Source of the DNA: Candidatus Heimdallarchaeum aukensis
GTDB lineage: Archaea; Asgardarchaeota; Heimdallarchaeia; Heimdallarchaeales; Heimdallarchaeaceae
DNA length: 64,000 nucleotides
Direction: 5' to 3'
Assembly (NCBI GenBank): GCA_021513695.1
Contig: CP084166.1
Coordinates: 512,001 to 576,000, forward strand
A program made the position numbers and the translations under genes. Below, one piece after another: positions 27,718 to 35,961 of this stretch (the stretch's first letter is position 1; every line of letters begins with the position of its first letter). Under the pieces are notes generated by a model, which was not told the origin of the DNA, made no database searches, and saw nothing but the letters and a program-made list of their open reading frames with translations.

Positions 27718-29088
27718 ATGAGTGAAGAAACAGTTGTTATTCAAAATCCTTTACTAGTGTGTAAGTACATTAAAAAATTTACTCATTATCCAGAATTTGA
27801 TAGAATTTTAATAGATAATTTAGATTGGAAAAGAGAAGATATTATTGGAATCTCCATTATTCCTATTGTAGATACTGTTCCATCAGGCAAAAATGCAATC
27901 TTTAGAATATTTATTTCAAACATGGGAGAAACAACACAAAAGGTAAAAGTTCATGTTCGTACTTTTGGTTATTTAAGCAAAAAAGAAAAGTTAAATAGAA
28001 GCCAAATAGCATTTAAAAAATTAATTATCAACAACAATGAAGTATGGTATAGAGATGTTATCATACCAAGTGATATAAAATTAGGTAAAAACTTTTTCCA
28101 GCTTGTCGTTAAATATAAAGTAAACAAAAAGAAAAGAATAATCTATGAAATTAAAGAATATACAGAGATTATGCCTTTAGATCATATAAAACAGATTGCC
28201 AGACAAAACTTTTTAGGACTTGCCCAAAAGCCCTACATTGATCCTTCTTCAATAAGTTATTGGATATATTGCTCTCTTTTTGGTTCTAGAAATTATTCAA
28301 AAGAACCAACTTTCATTTATATAACTAAATGGATTGTTTTTCTTCTAAGTATTTCTACTATTGGTGCTTACTTCACTTTACCTTTACCTGAAATAGTTCT
28401 TTATATCAGTTCAGGAGGAGCTTTGCTTTCTTTCCTAACCTTTTTTACTGATTTAGATAGACATACAGTCCGTGAGATACATGATTTAGGTTTAACTGAA
28501 TTAAAAAGAAAAGCCTTCATAGATAACATCCCGAAAAAAACCGAATGGCTTAAGTTATTCACTCTGAAAAGTGATTATTTCTATTTCATTGAAGAAGAAT
28601 CAACTTTTGCATGGAAAACTAGTACAGATAATTCATTTAAACCAGTTATTTATTCTTTAAATCAAGTTTTAGATACACAATTAAGTATAAAAGAAGGAAC
28701 AAAAGAAGAGGAAGAAAGAATAATTGAAGAAATAATAACTAATAGGAAAATAGAAAAAATTAAAACAAAAACAAAAACGAAAGAAGAAGTAGAAGAACAC
28801 GAAGGTATTGTTTTTGAAGAAGATTTGTCCATAAGTTTTGATGCAAAGATGCAAATACTTGATAGTATAACTTCATATACTGTACCTAGCAAAGCAATTG
28901 AATTAGAAGATAGTTTTGAACTTCCTGTAGAAATAATAAAAACAGAAACATTCATAGAACCTGATTCTGTAGCTTTTGATGTTTTAGATAAACCTTTTAC
29001 AACTGATTTAGAACCAATAATTACAGACAGTGAAAGTATAGACTCTAAAGGTTCACTGAAATTCAAGAAAACAAACATAGATGTATAA
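27718..29088 (+). CDS. membrane protein with N-terminal beta-rich domain and acidic C-terminal tail, function unknown
   Basis: 456 aa, divergent from the Rab-like gene. Two adjacent hydrophobic helices (WIVFLLSISTIGAYFTLPLPEIVLYISSGGALLSFLTFF). Glu/Lys-rich tail. Confidence 0.5.
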   Translation: MSEETVVIQNPLLVCKYIKKFTHYPEFDRILIDNLDWKREDIIGISIIPIVDTVPSGKNAIFRIFISNMGETTQKVKVHVRTFGYLSKKEKLNRSQIAFKKLIINNNEVWYRDVIIPSDIKLGKNFFQLVVKYKVNKKKRIIYEIKEYTEIMPLDHIKQIARQNFLGLAQKPYIDPSSISYWIYCSLFGSRNYSKEPTFIYITKWIVFLLSISTIGAYFTLPLPEIVLYISSGGALLSFLTFFTDLDRHTVREIHDLGLTELKRKAFIDNIPKKTEWLKLFTLKSDYFYFIEEESTFAWKTSTDNSFKPVIYSLNQVLDTQLSIKEGTKEEEERIIEEIITNRKIEKIKTKTKTKEEVEEHEGIVFEEDLSISFDAKMQILDSITSYTVPSKAIELEDSFELPVEIIKTETFIEPDSVAFDVLDKPFTTDLEPIITDSESIDSKGSLKFKKTNIDV

Positions 29089-29181
29089 ATAAAGTGAATA
29101 AAATAGATATGAAAAAATTAAACTGTAATAACTAAATTTGTTTTAAACAATAAATAGAAAAACTTTATCAATATACGTAAT

Positions 29182-29943
29182 TTGGTCGATTCAATGATTA
29201 CTGGAACACATCCTTCAACTATTGCCGAAGAAGATTATTTTTCATTTATTGGTATTTTTCTTTCAGTTCCGTTTTTTATTGCTTATTTTGTAAATGAGAT
29301 GATTCTAGCTTTATTCAGACTCACAAAATACGAAAGAGAGATTGGAACACCTGTTACTGCCCCTTATCCTACTTGGAGAATGATTAATGCTGTTATTTAT
29401 GCAGTAGCAATTATTATTTTAGCTCTTCAAGTTTTAAGTTGGAGTGTAACCTATCGAAGATATGAATTCAGAAAACTTGCAAAAAGAACTGTTTTTGCTT
29501 TTCTTATTACAGCTATTTTTGTAATTATTTTTGAGTACTTACAGATTTCAATGCCTGTTCAACCTAGAGATCAATCAGATATTACTGTGCCATTTTTCAC
29601 TTTAGTAGGCTTTCATTTGTGGTCTTTTGTTAGTTTTAAACAAGTTATAGAGCATTTAGGAAAACATTACAAAACTAGAGTAGGTGATTCTATATTTTAC
29701 ATTCTCTTTGCAAGCTATCCATTCATTAAATTTGGATTACCCATAATATTATTGATATTTGTCAGTTTGGCAATGTCTCCTTATGCTTTTATTCTCTATT
29801 CTGAAATAACAATGGCATACCTAGTCGGTTTCATTTCAATTGCTCTTGGTGTTGTTCTTATAAATGATGTTGTTAAAATTGGAAGAGCGCAAGATCATTA
29901 TTTTTTCACAAAAGAGAGCACCGAAAACAAAAAAGAGGATTAA
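29182..29943 (+). CDS. polytopic membrane protein, function unknown
   Basis: 253-aa ORF with several hydrophobic helices. The track start is TTG; an in-frame ATG at 29194 is an alternative start. Confidence 0.5.
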   Translation: MVDSMITGTHPSTIAEEDYFSFIGIFLSVPFFIAYFVNEMILALFRLTKYEREIGTPVTAPYPTWRMINAVIYAVAIIILALQVLSWSVTYRRYEFRKLAKRTVFAFLITAIFVIIFEYLQISMPVQPRDQSDITVPFFTLVGFHLWSFVSFKQVIEHLGKHYKTRVGDSIFYILFASYPFIKFGLPIILLIFVSLAMSPYAFILYSEITMAYLVGFISIALGVVLINDVVKIGRAQDHYFFTKESTENKKED

Positions 29944-30584
29944 CTTTTTTTCTCTTTTTTATCTTTAATTTTGTAGTATAAGATTTCTAGTCCAGGTTTG
30001 ACTATAAATACAATTACAAGAACACTAACTCCAATCCCAATGATTATAAAAAGTATTTTTAACAAATCGCTATTATCTTGCAGAGGATCAGAAATATATT
30101 GTTCAGTTTCGTGATTTATTGCAATTTTTATTTTTTCTTCAAGAGTTGAAGCGTAGGTAAATCCTTCAAATATGGCTACTATATAATTATAATCATCTAA
30201 AATTATTATAAATGGAACAATTCTTATCTTGTAATCTACGACTGTTTTATTAGTTACATACCCCATTATCCAGTTTTCAGAAAGATTATTTTCTTTTTTA
30301 TAATCTAAAAGTTGTTCATTTGTTTTGTTGAATTTTGCAGATAGACCGAAGATTGTAATGTTATACCTCTCTTCTACTTCTTTTATTTCATCTATTTCAA
30401 GATGACAATTTGGGCAAGTAGGAAGATAGACAAAAACTATTTTTATACCTGAATAATAAGTAACATCATCATTTTCTCCTTCTGTGTTTATAAAAGATAT
30501 ACTAACATTACTAGCATTGGCAAATAAAGAACTTAATGAAATTACTATTATGAACACTGATAGGAAATGAATTATTTTTCTCAT
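29940..30584 (-). CDS. extracytoplasmic thioredoxin-fold protein (CxxC), membrane anchored
   Basis: Signal peptide MRKIIHFLSVFIIVISLSSLFANA, active-site-like VYLPTCPNCHLE, and C-terminal TM ILFIIIGIGVSVLVIVFIV plus a Lys-rich tail. Confidence 0.6.
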   Translation of the reverse strand: MRKIIHFLSVFIIVISLSSLFANASNVSISFINTEGENDDVTYYSGIKIVFVYLPTCPNCHLEIDEIKEVEERYNITIFGLSAKFNKTNEQLLDYKKENNLSENWIMGYVTNKTVVDYKIRIVPFIIILDDYNYIVAIFEGFTYASTLEEKIKIAINHETEQYISDPLQDNSDLLKILFIIIGIGVSVLVIVFIVKPGLEILYYKIKDKKEKKS

Positions 30585-30708
30585 TACACTTAATCACAAT
30601 AGAGCACTTTTAAATCTCATTATTGATTAATATTAAGTGAAATTCTTTTTTCATTTTATTAAAAAAAAGTTTTTAATTCAGAACAAACAATAACAATTTG
30701 AAGAGAGA

Positions 30709-32706
30709 TTGACACTACAAGATTCTGACTTTGATATTCCAGAAGAATTTTCTTCTTATAACAAGTTTTTAATGGAAAACAAGAAAATCATTTTACCTAA
30801 AATAAAAGAATGGATGAAAAAAGGAAAAACTTTTTTCCAATCATTGGTCTATGCATGTGATGAGATAGGTTCAGAGCTACCTACTCCAGATGTGTTAAAA
30901 CCCACTTTCTTAGAAATAGCTATAATTGGATATTTCCTTTTAGATGAATATGAAAAAGTATTGAAAATAGAGACTATAAGCGATAATTTTCTTTCAAACT
31001 ACTTTAAATATAAATCTGCTTGGTTATTAGGTCACAAGAAAGCACAAGCTTACCTAGCTGATCTTGTACCGTCATTAATGGAGTTAAAAAAGCAAAATAA
31101 AGAGATTTACGAAATCTGTAACAATATAATCTCTCTTGAGGTAAGTTTCATCTCTTCTAACAAAGAAAATATATTAAAACATGCTGCACAGTTCAAGCAA
31201 GATCTTTTTGATAAATCACTTATCACTACTTTTCCTCTTTTGGCTATCGAAATTGCAGGAGATTTAGCTTACAGAGAATACAGAACTGGAGATCCTGCTT
31301 TCTCTGGTTGGCTTGAAATCTATAAAGAATTAGTAGAAGCTTTTAACATGGATTCTAGGAGATTAGACTGCTACACCATTTTAGGTGGTCTTTACAGGTA
31401 CAAGGGATATTTAGAAGATGCAGAAGAATATTACAAAAGAGCTATGGAATTATCAGAAAAAATAGGAAACGAAAAAGCATACAACGAAATAATAGCAAAG
31501 ATAGCGGATTTTGAACACACTAGAGGAAACTTTGACGTTGCTTTAAAACTCTGTCTGGATGTCATTCAAAAAACTGAAGGAAAAGGAGAGATTAACAAGT
31601 CAATTTACATAAATTTAGGCGAAATCTTAATTAAACAACAAAAGTACGAAGAAGCAGTAAAATATCTGAAAAAATTAGAGAACGATGAGTCTCAAGAAAC
31701 AGCTATAATTAACATTCTCCACGGTTATGCCTTAACTAAATTAGATGAAAAAGAATTATATAATAGTGGAATCAAATTACTGGAAAAGGGAGGAGCTTTA
31801 AGCGAGAAAACAGGAAATAGAAGATTTTTGACAATTTATTACTATTACAGAGGAAGAGCTCATTTAGACAGTTATGACTTGTCTTCAGCTATAAAGAACT
31901 TTGAAATGTGTTATAATACAGCAATAAATACAGAGTTTCAATATGTTCTTTTTTCTCAAATCTACTTGGCAGTAGCTTATCTTCACCGTTTCAAAGTTTC
32001 TCAACAAGATGCAGATCTTACTCAATCAAAACATTATGTTGCAAATGTAATCACGATATGTAAAGAGCAAAACTTACCTATTTTGGCTAACATTCTACTT
32101 CTACAAGGTCAAATTCTAATGGTTTTAGAGGAGTATATTGATGCAAAGCATATTTTAGAACAAGCAGTGATTGAAGCAGAAAAAGTTGAACTTGACTGGA
32201 CAAAAGAAAAAGCTGAACAGTATCTAGAACTATTGTACTCTAATGAACGAATTAAAAACCAAATTCTGATAAATGAAATAACTGAACTAATTGATAATAT
32301 TGCCAAGTTTTCTTTCCAGAAAAATATTGAGTATTTACCTCATTTTTACTTCTTAATGCTTATGTATAAAGGAAATGAATTAATTACTAAAAGTTTTGAC
32401 AAAGAATTTGAAGAGAAAAGTCACTTAGTTAAAGATTTGGTTCATGCAGTAGCTAGCTTCGATGAATATGAGGGTATAAGAAGCATAAATTTTGAAGGAA
32501 TAACGTTAATAATAGAAAAAGTAAGAAATATTACAGCAATACTTGCTAGTGATTCAGATAGTTTTAATGCTAGAATAAAAATAATTGAAATATTAAAAAA
32601 CTTGCAAAAATACCTCCAATCAATTGTAACAGAAGAAGATGAGATATTCATTACTATATTAAAAGATAAAGCACTGAGAATAATAGAAAAAACTTTTGAA
32701 ACCTAA
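30709..32706 (+). CDS. TPR-repeat protein with C-terminal Roadblock/longin-like domain
   Basis: TPR units (ILGGLYRYKGYLEDAEEYYKRAMEL; YINLGEILIKQQKYEEAVKYLKKL). Tail: HFYFLMLMYKGNELITKSF...HLVKDLVHAVASFDEYEGIRSINFEGITLIIEKVRNITAILASDSD..NARIKIIEILKNLQ. TTG start in the track; the first ATG is at 30772. Confidence 0.6.
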   Translation: MTLQDSDFDIPEEFSSYNKFLMENKKIILPKIKEWMKKGKTFFQSLVYACDEIGSELPTPDVLKPTFLEIAIIGYFLLDEYEKVLKIETISDNFLSNYFKYKSAWLLGHKKAQAYLADLVPSLMELKKQNKEIYEICNNIISLEVSFISSNKENILKHAAQFKQDLFDKSLITTFPLLAIEIAGDLAYREYRTGDPAFSGWLEIYKELVEAFNMDSRRLDCYTILGGLYRYKGYLEDAEEYYKRAMELSEKIGNEKAYNEIIAKIADFEHTRGNFDVALKLCLDVIQKTEGKGEINKSIYINLGEILIKQQKYEEAVKYLKKLENDESQETAIINILHGYALTKLDEKELYNSGIKLLEKGGALSEKTGNRRFLTIYYYYRGRAHLDSYDLSSAIKNFEMCYNTAINTEFQYVLFSQIYLAVAYLHRFKVSQQDADLTQSKHYVANVITICKEQNLPILANILLLQGQILMVLEEYIDAKHILEQAVIEAEKVELDWTKEKAEQYLELLYSNERIKNQILINEITELIDNIAKFSFQKNIEYLPHFYFLMLMYKGNELITKSFDKEFEEKSHLVKDLVHAVASFDEYEGIRSINFEGITLIIEKVRNITAILASDSDSFNARIKIIEILKNLQKYLQSIVTEEDEIFITILKDKALRIIEKTFET

Positions 32707-32725
32707 AAAAAGAAAGAAAAAGAAT

Positions 32726-33670
32726 CTATAATTTAGGTAAGATCTCTTTTGAGAAAAGTTTCATTTGTTCAATTTCTTGGTTTCCTGGAAACATAAAAAT
32801 AAAATGACTAACACCTAATTTTTTGTAATCTTTGATTTTTGTAGTTATTTCTTCAATTGTTCCGTGCATTGCTCCTTCATATCTCTTCTCAAGTTCTTCT
32901 AAAGTAAATCCTCTTTTTTCAGCTATTTCTCTCCAAGCTTTAATCTTTTCTTCTTCGCTTTCATAAATCCTGGTCCAGATACCATAACTTCTTAGTAGAG
33001 AATCTGGTTTTCTATCATTTTTTTCACAAAGTTCATCTAACAAATTCATTTTCTCTTCAAAAACTTCAAGAGGATAAGCCCAAGCTAAATTTATTCCATC
33101 AGCATATTTAGAAGCAAGTGTAAGCATCTTGATTTTGGCATACATTGTACCTACCCAAATTTTCATTGGATTTTGAACAGGTTTGGGAAAAGAAATAGCA
33201 TCTTTTAACTGATAATACTTACCTTCAAAAGTAGCCTTGTCTTCAGCCCATAACTTTCTAATTACTTGAATCGCTTCTTCAAGCATTCCTAATCTATCTT
33301 TTACACTGGGAAAAGGAATACCATAGGCTGAATACTCTAACTCTTTCCACCCTGCACCATATCCGAAGTCTATTCTACCATTAGAATAATTATCTAATGA
33401 AGCAATTTGTTTAGCAAGAACTGAAGGATAACGATAATTGTTACACAATACTAATGAACCAATTCTTAACTTTGTTGTATATGAAACTGCAGCCATCATT
33501 GCAACTATACACTCTTGACTTTCCAGATTTGTTGCATCTGCATTTAACATAAAATGATCAGAAAACCAAGCGTGAGTGAAACCCAATTTTTCTGCATTTT
33601 GTACTATATATTTTATTTGATCAAAAGAATAGCCAAATTGTGGTTCAATTTGTATTCCATAGTATGACAT
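32726..33670 (-). CDS. luciferase-like (LLM-class, probably F420-dependent) oxidoreductase
   Basis: MSYYGIQIEPQFGYS...AEKLGFTHAWFSDHFM...GRIDFGYGAGW pattern; 314 aa. Confidence 0.8.
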   Translation of the reverse strand: MSYYGIQIEPQFGYSFDQIKYIVQNAEKLGFTHAWFSDHFMLNADATNLESQECIVAMMAAVSYTTKLRIGSLVLCNNYRYPSVLAKQIASLDNYSNGRIDFGYGAGWKELEYSAYGIPFPSVKDRLGMLEEAIQVIRKLWAEDKATFEGKYYQLKDAISFPKPVQNPMKIWVGTMYAKIKMLTLASKYADGINLAWAYPLEVFEEKMNLLDELCEKNDRKPDSLLRSYGIWTRIYESEEEKIKAWREIAEKRGFTLEELEKRYEGAMHGTIEEITTKIKDYKKLGVSHFIFMFPGNQEIEQMKLFSKEILPKL

Positions 33671-33828
33671 AACTGTATTTGTTTTTTTAATTAAATAAAG
33701 GTTATTGTTCCCAAATTTTCAATTTTGGCTTGATTCAATTTTGTATAGGAACAATATTGATAGAACAGTTTATCTTTTCTTCAAATAATAAGGAAGCATT
33801 AAAATATAAGTTCAGAAAAAAAGTAATT

Positions 33829-34242
33829 ATGCAAGAGTCTGCACTTTTTCGATATTTTGACCAATTTGAAAGAACGGACTTGCTATTCATCAATTTCGCA
33901 TTTCTGATTATAATTATCCCAGGACTAATTTTCGGATTGTTAAGTAAAATCATTTGGATGTTTTATGTAGCTTTAGTTGTACTTTTTTTCTTTGTTTGTT
34001 GGAATTGTCTTTACTTCTACATAAAATTCAAACTAAACAAACAAGAAAAAGAACTGCTTAAGACTATTCCAAGTTTTCCTCAACTCGACTTCTGTGATTA
34101 TTGTGGTAAATCATTAGAAAATTCAGCTCCTGCAGTGATTGATAATAATCTAATCATTATTTGCCCTCATTGTGGAAAAGAAAATATTGTTAAATCAGAG
34201 GAAGAAATTGAACAAATAAACAATGAACAAGCAGATTCATAA
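33829..34242 (+). CDS. small membrane protein with C-terminal zinc ribbon
   Basis: Start moved to the ATG at 33829 (MQESALFRYF). Two hydrophobic helices, then CDYCGKSLE...ICPHCGKEN. Its stop lies 17 nt before the next gene. Confidence 0.55.
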   Translation: MQESALFRYFDQFERTDLLFINFAFLIIIIPGLIFGLLSKIIWMFYVALVVLFFFVCWNCLYFYIKFKLNKQEKELLKTIPSFPQLDFCDYCGKSLENSAPAVIDNNLIIICPHCGKENIVKSEEEIEQINNEQADS

Positions 34243-34259
34243 TTTAAGGAGATAAAAAA

Positions 34260-35960
34260 ATGAAAAAAAAAGCGAAAATACTTTTTTTACTAATTGTTTT
34301 CTCAAACTTAGTTTTTGTTTTGGTAACAAATACAAAAAACATTAATGCATTAAAAGAGCCTATTACTAGTGATTCTAATGAATTTCGAGCGTATAGTTTT
34401 GCTGTTCCTTACATGTACACTGATGTTACGATAAAGAAAGATGGCTCGATAGATATTTCTTATACCATTAACTTTACAAATTTTATTTTTGGAAATACTA
34501 TTGACATTATAGATATTGGTTTTCCTAATAAACATTACAATCTTAAAAGTGTTCAAGCTTGGATAGATGGTTATGAGATTACTGATATAAGGGAGAGTGA
34601 ATACATTAGTATAGGAGTAGAGATACATTTAGGTAGTCATTCTATTTTACCTGGTGAGAGCGCTGTATTGGTAGTTAAAGGGAATAATCCTAAAATGGTT
34701 TTTAAAGACGATACCAAAAAAAATTTTGCTAGTTGTGTTTTCAGGCAAACTTGGTTTAGTTCACAATTTGCTTTTGGAGAAACTGAAAGAAGAGTGAGAT
34801 TTTATTTTCCTGAAGATTTAACTGATATGAATGAAGTAGAAAAAAGAGTTTCGGACACTAGTGTAAATTTCACTAGGGAAGCAGATTACGTCGAGTTTAG
34901 CAAAACCAGTACTCCCTATGATAATGATTTTTATGTGGGTGTAGGAATACCTTCTAACTATGTTGATAAAATGTATAGGGAGTTTTGGGTTTATAGATTT
35001 GATGAACTTGTTGCTCAAGCATTGTTTTTCCTTTTCTTCTTTGGATTCTTTGGGATATTTTTCTATGTTTTTTGTATTTATCCCCTAAAAGAAAGAAAAA
35101 GATATCTCCCTCCAACTATAAAGTCGACAGGAGGAGCTGTAAGAATGGGTTTGAAACCTTCCGAAGCAGCTATTATCTTAGAAAAACCTCTTACTCTTGT
35201 AGCTTCTTTAGTTATTTACGAAATGATGTCAGAAGGATTGATTACTGTTAAACAAAAAGAACCCTTAAGATTTAAAGTTGAGATATCTACTAAAGAGAAA
35301 TCCAAATTACCTACTTACCAGAAGCATATTATTAATGGAATTAAGAAAAGAGAAAAATCAGACTTAAAATGGGAAAAGGGAAGTGTTTCTGGTGCTCGAC
35401 CACACGATCCTTTTGACCAAGATTACATAAGAAAAGCGCTTTTATCCTTAATTAGAGAAACAACTATGAAAATGAAAGGGTATAACCTGAAGAAAACAAA
35501 GAAGTACTATAATGAATTAATAGAAAGAGCTTGGCAAGACATGAAAAAAGAAAGACCAGAACTAGAAAATGCTTTCCTATGGATAATGATAGATGAAGAT
35601 TATGACGACAGAATGAAAGATCATTATCATGACTATTATTACCCTTCATGGTATGTTTATCATTATCATACCCATTATTATGGTAGAAATAGAGGAAGAG
35701 GAAGAGATAGGATAACTGGTAGAGAATTAAGAAAATCTGGTTTTAGAAGAACAAAGATAACAGATAGGGGACAGATAATCCCTGGAACAGATTTCAAGCG
35801 AATACAAAAAAATATTGTTAGAAGCCCAAGAAAATTACTTTCGTCAGTAAAATCAAAGACCAGACCTGTTTCTAGCAGCTCGGGAAGAAGTGGAGGGGGA
35901 GGAGGAGGTTGTGCTTGTGCTTGTGCTTGCGCTTGCGCTTGTGCCGGAGGAGGACGATAA
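34260..35960 (+). CDS. DUF2207-like membrane protein with C-terminal GGGGGG-(Cys-Ala)6-GGGR tail
   Basis: AGGAG SD. Signal peptide MKKKAKILFLLIVFSNLVFVLV, ectodomain with YTDVTIKKDGSIDISYTINF, one TM (ALFFLFFFGFFGIFFYVFCIY), PP..GLKPSEAAIILEKP..LVIYEMMSEGLITV. His/Tyr block HYHDYYYPSWYVYHYHTHYY and RG-rich block. Tail SSSSGRSGGGGGGCACACACACACAGGGR. Confidence 0.75.
   Translation: MKKKAKILFLLIVFSNLVFVLVTNTKNINALKEPITSDSNEFRAYSFAVPYMYTDVTIKKDGSIDISYTINFTNFIFGNTIDIIDIGFPNKHYNLKSVQAWIDGYEITDIRESEYISIGVEIHLGSHSILPGESAVLVVKGNNPKMVFKDDTKKNFASCVFRQTWFSSQFAFGETERRVRFYFPEDLTDMNEVEKRVSDTSVNFTREADYVEFSKTSTPYDNDFYVGVGIPSNYVDKMYREFWVYRFDELVAQALFFLFFFGFFGIFFYVFCIYPLKERKRYLPPTIKSTGGAVRMGLKPSEAAIILEKPLTLVASLVIYEMMSEGLITVKQKEPLRFKVEISTKEKSKLPTYQKHIINGIKKREKSDLKWEKGSVSGARPHDPFDQDYIRKALLSLIRETTMKMKGYNLKKTKKYYNELIERAWQDMKKERPELENAFLWIMIDEDYDDRMKDHYHDYYYPSWYVYHYHTHYYGRNRGRGRDRITGRELRKSGFRRTKITDRGQIIPGTDFKRIQKNIVRSPRKLLSSVKSKTRPVSSSSGRSGGGGGGCACACACACACAGGGR
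35910..35945 (+). repeat. hexanucleotide coding repeat (TGY GCN)x6 encoding (Cys-Ala)6
   Basis: TGTGCT TGTGCT TGTGCT TGCGCT TGCGCT TGTGCC, in frame with 34260-35960. Confidence 0.95.
35946..35954 (+). promoter_or_regulatory. Shine-Dalgarno-like GGAGGAGGA for the radical SAM gene, embedded in the terminal Gly codons of the upstream gene
   Basis: GGA GGA GGA CGA TAA A ATG: 7 nt separate the purine run from the ATG at 35962. Confidence 0.5.
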
Positions 35961-35961
35961 A

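Noticed and set aside
35890-35961. Upstream extension of the radical SAM ORF (MEGEEEVVLVLVLALALVPEEDDK)
   Set aside because: It is an alternative-frame reading of the same repeat. The SD-preceded ATG at 35962, 1 nt after the upstream stop, is the natural start, and the PqqD-like domain begins after it.
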